A stretch of 24,220 nucleotides of DNA from an uncultured Candidatus Saccharibacteria bacterium (GCA_964621575.1 CAZUMB010000002.1:1-24220); one strand, 5' to 3'. Numbered from the stretch's first letter, positions 14,839 to 23,070 are shown. Notes: generated from the sequence alone by a model not told the origin. Program-made: numbers and translations.

Positions 14839-14974
14839 CTCCCACCTCCTCGTAGGTCGGAGTATGCGTTGCGCTACTTCTATTTTTAAATTATTTTGGC
14901 GGACTTGTCAATAAAAATACTTTCCCCACTTACCTTGCGATAGCAATGTAGGTGGGGAAACGGAAAAAGAACGA

Positions 14975-16066
14975 TTAGAGCTCTTCCTCCAGCTCGCCGA
15001 GAAGTTTTTTCGCTTTTTCGGAAAGTTTTTTCGGCGTCTTTAATGTAAAAGAAATATAAAGGTCGCCCCGGCTGGAGCTGAAACCGAAAATCGGCATCCC
15101 CCGCCCCGGCACCCGCAGCTTGTCCTTGAAATTGAAATCGCTGGGAATCGAAACATTGAAATTCTCGCCGTTTATATCCTTGATTTTGATTTTCCGCCCA
15201 AGAAGAGCATCCGTAACTCTTACCTCTTTCGTCATGTAAAGGTCGTTTTTGATTCTCTCGAAAACGGGGTGGGGCTTGATTTTGACCGTTACGTAAAGGT
15301 CGCCGCCGGAACTCTCGCGCTCGCCGGCTTCACCCGCTCCTTTCACTTTGATAATCTGGCCGTCCTCAACGCCGGGATTAATGCCAATATCCACTTCCTT
15401 TTCACCGACAACCCGGCCCAGGCCCTTGCAATCCCGGCAAACTCTGTTCGGCGCCTCTCCCCTCCCACGGCAGTCGGGACAGGTCTTAACCTGAGCAAAA
15501 TGACCGAAAAACGTTTTCTTTTCCTCCTTTATTTCACCCCGCCCCTGACAGAGAGAGCAACCGGAGAAGCCGGCGCTCTCGTCATAACCCAAGCCCTTAC
15601 AGGAATCGCAGGCAATCATCGTTTTGAATTTCGCTTTTGACTTCGTTCCCGAGAACGCCTCCTCAAGCGATACCTGAACCGAAAACTCGATATCCGCACC
15701 CTGGGTATAAGTTTGGCGCCGCGGCCCGCCGAAGTGAACGAAAAGATTTTCCAACATGTCACCCAAATCGAACATGTCCTCGTCAAAACGCCAATTGAAA
15801 CCGCCGGGAAAACCCTCAAATCCAAAGCCATCTCCGCCATAGGCGGGTCCGCCTCCGACGGAAAAAACCCGGCCGAAGCGGTCGTACTGGGCCCGTTTTT
15901 CTTTATTGGAAAGAATCTGGTAGGCCTCGTTTATTTCCTTGAATTTCTGCTCGTTCCCCTCCGGCTTATCCGGATGATATTTGTGAGCCAGCTTCCGGTA
16001 AGCTTTCTTGATTTCGTCTTCGCTCGCACTCTTTGTTACACCCAATGTTTTGTAGTAATCAGTCAT
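14975..16066 (-). CDS. dnaJ: Chaperone DnaJ (class A)
   Basis: J-domain with HPD, G/F-rich linker, four CxxCxGxG zinc-finger repeats, C-terminal substrate-binding domains. Confidence 0.97.
   Translation of the reverse strand: MTDYYKTLGVTKSASEDEIKKAYRKLAHKYHPDKPEGNEQKFKEINEAYQILSNKEKRAQYDRFGRVFSVGGGPAYGGDGFGFEGFPGGFNWRFDEDMFDLGDMLENLFVHFGGPRRQTYTQGADIEFSVQVSLEEAFSGTKSKAKFKTMIACDSCKGLGYDESAGFSGCSLCQGRGEIKEEKKTFFGHFAQVKTCPDCRGRGEAPNRVCRDCKGLGRVVGEKEVDIGINPGVEDGQIIKVKGAGEAGERESSGGDLYVTVKIKPHPVFERIKNDLYMTKEVRVTDALLGRKIKIKDINGENFNVSIPSDFNFKDKLRVPGRGMPIFGFSSSRGDLYISFTLKTPKKLSEKAKKLLGELEEEL
15833..15862. repeat. Tandem pair of TCCGCC-N3-GGCGGA-type palindromes inside dnaJ
   Basis: tccgcc-ata-ggcggg + tccgcc-tcc-gacgga; exactly 10 codons, [10 protein letters not shown]. 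Confidence 0.8.
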
Positions 16067-16068
16067 GC

Positions 16069-16122
16069 CAATGTTGTTAAAATTTACGAGCCCAATGCGA
16101 AGTAAATTTTACCACAACATTG
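16069..16122. other. 19-bp AT-rich inverted repeat immediately upstream of the dnaJ start
   Basis: caatgttgttaaaatttac / gtaaattttaccacaacattg, perfect apart from a 2-nt bulge; 14-nt loop. Confidence 0.8.
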
Positions 16123-16128
16123 AGCACT

Positions 16129-16182
16129 CTGAGACTTGTCGAAGAGTTACATTAATTTATTGTAATCCTTCGACAGGCTCAG
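16129..16182. repeat. REPIN-like hairpin of two inverted CTGAG...CGAAG units
   Basis: ctgagacttgtcgaagagttaca-ttaatttat-tgtaatccttcgacaggctcag. Confidence 0.75.
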
Positions 16183-16228
16183 GATAATGCTTAGTAATGA
16201 AAAATTCTAACGCTGAAGCTTGAATTTT

Positions 16229-17263
16229 TCAACTAAGCATTATAAACTCCCGGCTTCGCGATTCCAAGCTGACGTAAGCAAAGCCGGTAACAATCAAAAG
16301 TTTGAACATAAGGAAAGCAACGAGCTCCGGGATAAAGTAAAGGAAAAAAGCGATGCCTCTCGCCGAGAAAAAGAACAAAACGGCGAGGACGACGCTGAAA
16401 ACCGACTTCGTCGCCGGCGGAATCCCGTCAACGTAATCTTTGACGATTCTGAAAACTTCCGCGTTCATTTTGCTTTTGGGATTCAACGGTCCAAAGATTT
16501 TCTCGGCCTGCCCCTGAAGAGTCAGGGAAATTTCGCCGATTATTTTTTCCTGCTCGGCCAGCAAAAGTTTCTCGAACTCGACCGCCGCCTGCTCGCCGCC
16601 GCTTCCTACCTTTATTTTCCGAAGTTCGTCCCCGGCAATATCCCGGAAAAACTCATCAACCGTACCGTCAAAGGAAACGTCCGCGAGAACGATTCTCACT
16701 ATCGGTTCGGAAGCGGCGAGCGCGTCGTTGACGAGACGCCTCGAAAAACTCTCGTTAAAACCGCCCCAGACGAAATAAGTGAGATAAAACTGGAAAGAAA
16801 AAGCAATGAGAAGACCGGCTACCGCCCGGCTCAAAATACCCTTGGCGACCGGGAAAAATCGGACGGTCAGACCGTTTGCGATATTCTCTCTCCCTCTTGA
16901 GGCCGCCGCGGCGAGAAAAATGAAAAAAAGACCAATCCCGACAATAAGCAAAACCGATGGGGAGGGAAAAAGTCGTTCGATAAAAAGAAGGAGGGGCGCA
17001 AGCGCCTGAATCAGAGAAAGAATTATGATTTTCGCCCGGCTCTTCGTAAAGAAAACCTGAAGAACAAACAAGGCGAGAAAAACGAAGGTGAAGATAACGC
17101 TGCCCAGCAGCCGCGTGAGATTCCCCTCGATAAGGAATTTATCAAAGAGAAAAAACGACAGAAAAACCGAGCCGGCGCCCAGCACCGCCAGAATCAAAAC
17201 TTTCCAAAAACTCCTGTCTTCCTCGGATTCTTCCGACCGCTTAATTACCGTCGGGTTTGCCAT
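16229..17263 (-). CDS. Multi-pass membrane protein of unknown function
   Basis: 344 aa, about 6 N-terminal hydrophobic helices, a soluble helical region, further C-terminal TM segments; overlaps the dnaK 3' end by 23 nt. Confidence 0.85.
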   Translation of the reverse strand: MANPTVIKRSEESEEDRSFWKVLILAVLGAGSVFLSFFLFDKFLIEGNLTRLLGSVIFTFVFLALFVLQVFFTKSRAKIIILSLIQALAPLLLFIERLFPSPSVLLIVGIGLFFIFLAAAASRGRENIANGLTVRFFPVAKGILSRAVAGLLIAFSFQFYLTYFVWGGFNESFSRRLVNDALAASEPIVRIVLADVSFDGTVDEFFRDIAGDELRKIKVGSGGEQAAVEFEKLLLAEQEKIIGEISLTLQGQAEKIFGPLNPKSKMNAEVFRIVKDYVDGIPPATKSVFSVVLAVLFFFSARGIAFFLYFIPELVAFLMFKLLIVTGFAYVSLESRSREFIMLS

Positions 17264-19094
17264 CTTTCTGATTATACAAAACCTGACCTATTTTTTGGAG
17301 CTCGGCGGAGAGTTCGGCCGTTGCTTTCTTTATCGCTTCGGCATCACCGCTTTCCATGATTTTCTTCAGGTTTTCCGACTTATCACCGACGCTTTTTTTA
17401 ATGTCGGCCGACACCTTATCGCCCGCGTCCTTCAAGCTCTTCTCGGAAAGATAGACGAGCGACTCGGCCTGATTCTTCGCGTCAATAAGCTCTTTCTTTT
17501 TCTGGTCCTCGGAAGCGTGTTCGGCCGCTTCTTTTCTGAGCCGTTCCACTTCCTCCTTGCTCAAGCTGGTAGTCGCTTCGATTCTCACCGATTGGCTTTT
17601 GTTGGAGGCCTTATCGGTCGCCTTGACGTTTAAGATGCCGTTGGCGTCGATATCGAAGGCAACCTCAATTTGAGGCACACCCCGCGGCGCGGGCGGAATG
17701 CCGTCCAAAATGAAACGAGCGAGAGTTTTGTTGTCGACGGCCATCGGCCGCTCGCCCTGTAAAACATGAACTTCAACCGAGGTCTGGTTGTCGGCGGCAG
17801 TCGAGAAAATCTGGGTTTTGCCGGTCGGAACGGTGGTGTTCTTTGAAATCATCGGTGTCGCCACGCCGCCTAATGTTTCAATCGACAAACTAAGCGGCGT
17901 CACGTCAAGAAGAAGAACGTCTTTGACGTCGCCCTGAAGAACGCCCGCCTGGACGGCGGCGCCGACCGCCACCACTTCGTCGGGATTGATACCCTTGTGC
18001 GGCGCCTTGCCGAAAACTTTCTGGACGGCCTCCTGAATCGCCGGCATCCGCGTTTGGCCGCCGACCAAAACTATTTCATCGATGTCGGAAAACTTGAAAC
18101 CGGCCCCCTTGGGTGGAGCGGTGGTAACGGTTTCCTCAACGAGCTTGATCGATTTTTCAATAAGGTCTTTTACCAAATCCTCAAGCTTGGCCCGGGTAAG
18201 CTTCATTAAAAAGTGCTTGGGGCCCGAAGAATCGGAAGAAATGTAAGGAAGGTTGATTTCGGTTTCAAGAACGGTCGAGAGTTCGTGCTTGGCCCGTTCG
18301 GCCGCCTCCTTCAAGCGCTGGAGGGCCAGAGCATCCTTGGAAATGTCCATCCCTTCCCGTTTCTTGAACTCCTTAACGAGATACTCGATAATCCGCCGGT
18401 CGATATCGTCGCCGCCCAAATGCATGTCGCCGCCGGTCGCTTTCACCTCAACCGTTCCATCGCCCACTTCCAGTACCGAAATGTCAAAAGTGCCGCCGCC
18501 GAAGTCGTAGACGACTATTTGTTCGTTTTTCTCCCTGTTTAAGCCGTAAGCGAGGGCCGCCGCCGTCGGTTCGTTGATGATGCGGCGGACTTTGAAACCG
18601 GCGATCTCACCGGCGTTTTTGGTCGCCTGCCGCTCGGAATCGTCAAAATAAGCCGGCACGGTTATGACTGCTTCCTCTATTTTCTCGCCCAAAGCGGCTT
18701 CGGCGTCGGCTTTCATTTTCTGCAGGACCATCGCCGAAATTTCTTCCGGTTTGTACCATCCGCCGGCCGGCGGATCGGCCATCTTCATTTCGACGCCGCC
18801 CCGGTCCGATTCCTTCATCTCGAAGGGCAACCACTCCCGGTCGTGAACCACCTCTTTATCGCCCCACTTCCGGCCGATCAGTCGTTTAACCGAAGAAATC
18901 GTGTTCTGGGGATTCACCACCGCCTGCCGCTTGGCAAGAAGACCAACGAGGCGCTCGCCCGACTTCGAAATGGCCACGACCGACGGCGTCGTCCGCGCCC
19001 CTTCGCTCGACTCCAAGACTCTCGGCTCGCCACCTTCAACGACGGCCATCGCCGAGTTCGTCGTCCCTAAATCTATTCCTAATATCTTTGACAT
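17241..19094 (-). CDS. dnaK: Chaperone DnaK (Hsp70)
   Basis: [65 protein letters not shown]. Confidence 0.98.
   Translation of the reverse strand: MSKILGIDLGTTNSAMAVVEGGEPRVLESSEGARTTPSVVAISKSGERLVGLLAKRQAVVNPQNTISSVKRLIGRKWGDKEVVHDREWLPFEMKESDRGGVEMKMADPPAGGWYKPEEISAMVLQKMKADAEAALGEKIEEAVITVPAYFDDSERQATKNAGEIAGFKVRRIINEPTAAALAYGLNREKNEQIVVYDFGGGTFDISVLEVGDGTVEVKATGGDMHLGGDDIDRRIIEYLVKEFKKREGMDISKDALALQRLKEAAERAKHELSTVLETEINLPYISSDSSGPKHFLMKLTRAKLEDLVKDLIEKSIKLVEETVTTAPPKGAGFKFSDIDEIVLVGGQTRMPAIQEAVQKVFGKAPHKGINPDEVVAVGAAVQAGVLQGDVKDVLLLDVTPLSLSIETLGGVATPMISKNTTVPTGKTQIFSTAADNQTSVEVHVLQGERPMAVDNKTLARFILDGIPPAPRGVPQIEVAFDIDANGILNVKATDKASNKSQSVRIEATTSLSKEEVERLRKEAAEHASEDQKKKELIDAKNQAESLVYLSEKSLKDAGDKVSADIKKSVGDKSENLKKIMESGDAEAIKKATAELSAELQKIGQVLYNQKDGKPDGN
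18758..18775. repeat. Perfect 18-bp palindrome inside dnaK
   Basis: atccgccggccggcggat; covers the codons for DPPAGG. Confidence 0.85.
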
Positions 19095-19096
19095 AG

Positions 19097-19124
19097 TTGT
19101 TAGTGTTTAGTTGTTAGTTTTTAG
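19097..19124. repeat. Heptamer tandem repeat across the grpE stop / dnaK start
   Basis: ttgttag tgtttag ttgttag tttttag. Confidence 0.8.
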
Positions 19125-19631
19125 TTGACCTTTGGATAAGTTGACTCTTGCCGGTCTTATCACCCTGCCGTTCAAAGCATAACCCGGTTCGATTTCTTCC
19201 GTTATCTTCCCGGGCGGCTCGGCCGATTCCACCTCGCCTAAACCCTCATGAAGCGCCGGATTGAAATCGTCGCCCGGCTTTACGGCAATCTTCTCCAACC
19301 CGTATTTCTTGAGCGTGTCCTCGAGCTGACTCCTGATAAGCCGCATTCCTTTTTCGGCCGGGTTATCGTCTTTGAGTATCGTTATCCCCAAGTCAAAACT
19401 GTCCAAAACCGCGAGTAATTCCAAAATGAGCGACTCGTTGGAAAGTTTTGCGAATTCCTGAAACCGTTCGGCCTCTTCCTTCCTGTAATTTATGAAATCG
19501 GCCTTGGCCCGTTTCCAGCCGTCCAAATATTCATCCCGTTCTTTTTCGCACTTTTCCAAACCCTTCTTCAGCTCTTCCCCCGTTTTTTTATCTCGTTTCT
19601 TTTCCATCCCGTTGGAAATTTGACCTTTCAT
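19107..19631 (-). CDS. grpE: Nucleotide exchange factor GrpE
   Basis: RAKADFINYRK, LLAVLDSFD, FNPALHE, GYALNGRVIRPARV. Confidence 0.96.
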   Translation of the reverse strand: MKGQISNGMEKKRDKKTGEELKKGLEKCEKERDEYLDGWKRAKADFINYRKEEAERFQEFAKLSNESLILELLAVLDSFDLGITILKDDNPAEKGMRLIRSQLEDTLKKYGLEKIAVKPGDDFNPALHEGLGEVESAEPPGKITEEIEPGYALNGRVIRPARVNLSKGQLKTNN

Positions 19632-19634
19632 TTT

Positions 19635-20330
19635 TTAAAACTCTCTTTCAAGCGACCTTAAAACGCCGAGCGATTTTTCATAATCCATTCTCTTCGGCCC
19701 TATCACCATCACGAAGAAATCCTGATTGGCCGGCCGGAGACGGTCGACCATAACCGCAAGGTGAGGACTTCTCGTAATCCGGTTGCGGCCCAGGAAAACC
19801 TGCGGCCACTCCTCCTCGCCGCGCCACTTCTCCGCCGTTTTCATAAGCCGGCTCGAAAGATTTTCGAAATCGTCGACCACTTCCAAAATCTCGTCGCGGT
19901 CGGTAAGGGCAAGACACTCGAGCATGTTTTTGAAACCGCTTTTCATGAACCAGTCGGTTTCCGGCTCATAACCGACGCTCAAGGCCTTAAGATACCCGGC
20001 CATGTTCTCAATCAGCCGAGCTCGCTCGCCCTCAAAAAAGCTTTCAATCAAATTTTCAAACCGGCCGAATGTTCTTCCGCTCTCTTCTCTTTCTAAAAGC
20101 TCCCTGATAAAAAGGCGGTAGGCCTTGTCGGTCGGAATCCGGCCGCCGGAGGGATGATTCTGATAAAAATAGCCGTCTTCACCCAAAGCGCAAAGCTCCG
20201 CTCTTATCATCGCCGGTTTAATGCCGAAATCGTACTTCTCGAAAAGCGACTCGGAAGTGGCCGGCCGGCCGGTCAAAATGTAATCCCTGATAGCCGTATC
20301 CAAAACGAGTTTCGTTCTCTCCTTAAGCAT
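19635..20330 (-). CDS. hrcA: Heat-inducible repressor HrcA, shortened form
   Basis: N-terminal wHTH with YI.TG.P..S and GRIPTDKAYR; C-terminal VIGPKRMDY; first gene of grpE-dnaK with a CIRCE upstream. Confidence 0.88.
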   Translation of the reverse strand: MLKERTKLVLDTAIRDYILTGRPATSESLFEKYDFGIKPAMIRAELCALGEDGYFYQNHPSGGRIPTDKAYRLFIRELLEREESGRTFGRFENLIESFFEGERARLIENMAGYLKALSVGYEPETDWFMKSGFKNMLECLALTDRDEILEVVDDFENLSSRLMKTAEKWRGEEEWPQVFLGRNRITRSPHLAVMVDRLRPANQDFFVMVIGPKRMDYEKSLGVLRSLEREF

Positions 20331-20338
20331 TAGGAGAA

Positions 20339-20366
20339 ATTATATTTCAGCACTCAAGTTTGTCAA
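20339..20366 (-). promoter_or_regulatory. Consensus sigma70 promoter of hrcA
   Basis: TTGACA (20366-20361), 16 nt, TATAAT (20344-20339), 8 nt before the ATG. Confidence 0.85.
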
Positions 20367-20373
20367 GTGCCAA
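20347..20373 (-). promoter_or_regulatory. CIRCE operator
   Basis: TTGGCACTT-N9-GAGTGCTGA versus consensus TTAGCACTC-N9-GAGTGCTAA (3 mismatches), overlapping the -35 and spacer. Confidence 0.88.
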
Positions 20374-20377
20374 TTTC

Positions 20378-20518
20378 CCCCGAGCGGAGCGAGGTTGGAA
20401 AATTGAGCATCCCGCCGGAGGCGGGGATACAGTTTCAGTAATGTAATTCTTCGCTACGCTCAGAATAAAGGTTTTGTTCCTGAAATTTGTTCGGTTCTGT
20501 CTCCAAATTTCAGACAAA
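20378..20518. repeat. Cluster of short intergenic repeats and hairpins
   Basis: ccgagcggagcgagg (20380-94), cccgcc-gga-ggcggg (20411-25), cttcgctacgctcag (20449-63), hairpin ctgaaatttg/caaatttcag (20480-20513). Confidence 0.7.
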
Positions 20519-20523
20519 GCCCT

Positions 20524-21297
20524 TTACGGGCAGGCGGCGGTGGAGGTGGCGGGGTTGCCGGAGTTATCAAGATAAAACTTGAAACAGGACCCGCCGGGCG
20601 CGACGAAGATAATGCCGGCCGAGGAACTGGCAAAACCGATGTCGCCGTTCGATTTAAGCCTCACGGCCGAAACCGGCCCCGTCCCGATTCCAACCTTCCC
20701 CGAAAAGTAGGCATCTTTCCAGTTATAGGACGAGTTGCCAAGATCGTAGGAATCACTGGAATTCGGCAGGATGCTCGAATCGAATGTCGCCGCCGAAATT
20801 TTCGTCACCGCCGTCCGGAGAGTCCGCACCGCCTGGGCCTGGGGATTAGTCGCGTTGAATTCGAGCGTCAGGTCAACCTGAACGATGGTCGGTCCGCCGG
20901 GATTTTCATATTTCGTGACCAGGAAATTGTTGACCGTGACATTCGAATCGGTAAGGGCTTGAGCGCCTCCTTCGCCTTCCTGAAGATAAATGGCGGTATT
21001 CCCGTCATCAACATAAACGAGGGTCGGGTCGAGAGTGGACGAGGCCATTCGTAATTTAAGCGTCGTCGTTGCTTCACCGGCCTCCATATCGACTAAGCTT
21101 GCCTCTCTCACCAGCCGCTGAATGACCTTGTCGACGAACGTGATTTGGGCATTCACTTCGTTCACCGACGACTGCCGGCTCTGGACCCGGGTAATGGCCA
21201 TTAAAATCCCCACCAGAAAAACGGCGCTTACCGCGAAGATAACCGTGTAAATCAAAACTTCAACTAAGGTGAATCCTTCCCGGGACTTATAATTCAT
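20524..21297 (-). CDS. Type IV pilin-like protein (prepilin N-methylation domain) with C-terminal extension
   Basis: Start re-called at ATG 21297: MNYKSREG|FTLVEVLIY, a class III signal with Glu at +5 and a hydrophobic helix. Confidence 0.88.
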   Translation of the reverse strand: MNYKSREGFTLVEVLIYTVIFAVSAVFLVGILMAITRVQSRQSSVNEVNAQITFVDKVIQRLVREASLVDMEAGEATTTLKLRMASSTLDPTLVYVDDGNTAIYLQEGEGGAQALTDSNVTVNNFLVTKYENPGGPTIVQVDLTLEFNATNPQAQAVRTLRTAVTKISAATFDSSILPNSSDSYDLGNSSYNWKDAYFSGKVGIGTGPVSAVRLKSNGDIGFASSSAGIIFVAPGGSCFKFYLDNSGNPATSTAACP

Positions 21298-21303
21298 GTT
21301 TAC

Positions 21304-21317
21304 GTTATAATTATAAC
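21304..21317. promoter_or_regulatory. Palindromic bidirectional -10 element
   Basis: gttataattataac is a perfect palindrome giving TATAAT on both strands, within a 24-nt gap between divergent ATGs. Confidence 0.7.
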
Positions 21318-21321
21318 ATTC

Positions 21322-23070
21322 ATGAATAGAAACAAAACGATCCAAATTGTTTTGCTGTTCGCGATTCTTGGCATCTCTTTCGGACTAATGTGGAACGCCG
21401 CCAAACTCGAGACCGCCATTTTCGACGAAACTGCTCACATCCCCGCCGGCTACGGCTACCTAAAATATCTCGATTACCGCTTGAACCCCGAGCACCCGCC
21501 GCTCGTAAAGGCGCTTTCGGCCATTCCTCTCGTCTTCATGGACCTCAATTTCCCCCTGGGCCACCCGGCCTGGACCGATGACGTAAACGGCCAGTGGGAA
21601 ACCGGCAGCCAGTTCTTTTACGGCGTAGGGAACGACGCCGACAAACTGGTTGCCAATTCCCGGATTTTTCCGATAATCCTCACCCTCCTTACCGTAATTT
21701 TGATTTTCGTCTGGTCGCGCGAACTTCTGGGAAACTGGTGGTCGCTTCTGCCCGCTTTTCTTTTCGGTCTCTCGCCGACCGTTCTCGCTCACGGCCACTA
21801 TGTTACGACCGACGTCGGCGCCGCCCTGGGCGTTCTCTTTGCCGTTTTTGGCTTCACTAAGTTTCTTGCAAAACCGAAAACCGGTACTGTTCTCCTTGCC
21901 GGTTTTGCTTTGGGCATCGCTCTTCTTGCCAAGTTTTCCAACAATCTCCTTATCCCCTACTTTATAATTCTCGCCGCCGTTTATTTTGTCTTTCTGAACC
22001 GCAAAAACTTTTTTAAATATTTGAAGGGTGTCGTCGGAATATTTCTGATTGCTCTCGTTTTGATTTACGCCGTCTATTTTGTCTTCACTTTTAATTACCC
22101 GGCGGAGCGGCAGCTCTCCGACGCAACCGCCACTTTGAGCGGCTTTACACCGCGCTCTCTCGCCGATTTCGACATTGCTCTCATCGAAAATCCGGTTCTC
22201 CGACCCATCGGTCAATATCTTTTCGGCGTCCTCATGATTCTCCAGCGGGCCTCGGGCGGCAACACCGCTTACTTTTTAGGCGAACTCTCGGCCAACGGCT
22301 GGTGGTATTACTTCCCCGTCGTCTTTCTTCTTAAGGAGCCGTTGCCGTCCCTGATTCTGATTTTTCTCGCTCTCGGCCTCGGCCTCCGGAAAATTTTAAA
22401 AACTAAAAACTATAAACTAAAAACTATAAATAACTACCTCGGCACCCACTTCCCCGAATTCGCGATGCTCCTTTTTGTCGTCATCTACTGGGCTTACAGC
22501 ATTCAAAGCTCCTTGAATATCGGCGTCCGGCATCTTCTACCTACCCTTCCTTTCATTTATATTCTCTCGACCGGGGCCGTAAAGTCGTGGTTTTCAAGCC
22601 ATAAAACGGCCGGGAAATCCGCCTTCATAAGCGTTCTCCTTGTTTGGTTTATTGCCGAAACCGCCATTGTCTCTCCGCACTTCCTCTCTTATTTCAACGA
22701 GCTCGGCGGCGGCACGAAAAACGGCTACGCTCTGGTAACCGACTCCAATTACGACTGGGGTCAGGATTTGAAATTCCTGAAAAAATTCGTTGACGAAGAA
22801 AATATAAACAAAATCGCCGTCGACTATTTCGGCGGCGGCAGTCCCAAGTATTACCTTGGCGAAGAAAAAGTGGAGAATTGGTGGTCGGCCCGCGGCAACC
22901 CGAAAGACATCGGCATTGAATGGCTCGCCGTATCCGCGAACACCCTCGAGGGCGCCTGGGCTCGCCTTGATCCTGACCTCGAGCGCAAATCCGAAGACGA
23001 GTACTCTTTCCTTCGCGGTATAAAACCCTACGCCCGCGCCGGCGCTTCAATATTCATTTACAAATTCTAA
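21322..23070 (+). CDS. GT-C fold glycosyltransferase (ArnT/PMT-like, GT39/PMT_2 family)
   Basis: First-loop acidic motif FDETAH, NPEHPPLVK, many TM helices, LAKF, GVRHLLP, DSNYDWGQD. Confidence 0.85.
   Translation: MNRNKTIQIVLLFAILGISFGLMWNAAKLETAIFDETAHIPAGYGYLKYLDYRLNPEHPPLVKALSAIPLVFMDLNFPLGHPAWTDDVNGQWETGSQFFYGVGNDADKLVANSRIFPIILTLLTVILIFVWSRELLGNWWSLLPAFLFGLSPTVLAHGHYVTTDVGAALGVLFAVFGFTKFLAKPKTGTVLLAGFALGIALLAKFSNNLLIPYFIILAAVYFVFLNRKNFFKYLKGVVGIFLIALVLIYAVYFVFTFNYPAERQLSDATATLSGFTPRSLADFDIALIENPVLRPIGQYLFGVLMILQRASGGNTAYFLGELSANGWWYYFPVVFLLKEPLPSLILIFLALGLGLRKILKTKNYKLKTINNYLGTHFPEFAMLLFVVIYWAYSIQSSLNIGVRHLLPTLPFIYILSTGAVKSWFSSHKTAGKSAFISVLLVWFIAETAIVSPHFLSYFNELGGGTKNGYALVTDSNYDWGQDLKFLKKFVDEENINKIAVDYFGGGSPKYYLGEEKVENWWSARGNPKDIGIEWLAVSANTLEGAWARLDPDLERKSEDEYSFLRGIKPYARAGASIFIYKF
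22399..22436. repeat. Heptamer tandem repeat (WAAACTA x4-5) inside the glycosyltransferase
   Basis: aaaacta aaaacta taaacta aaaacta taaataa; encodes KTKNYKLKTINN. Confidence 0.8.

Noticed and set aside
16120-16148. Possible second CIRCE before dnaJ (TGAGCACTC)
   Set aside because: Only a half-site; the second arm is absent and the same 29-mer occurs before mraZ, so it is a dispersed repeat.
21298-21345. N-terminal extension of the pilin ORF in the ORF track
   Set aside because: It overlaps the glycosyltransferase start; ATG 21297 gives a normal short class III signal peptide.
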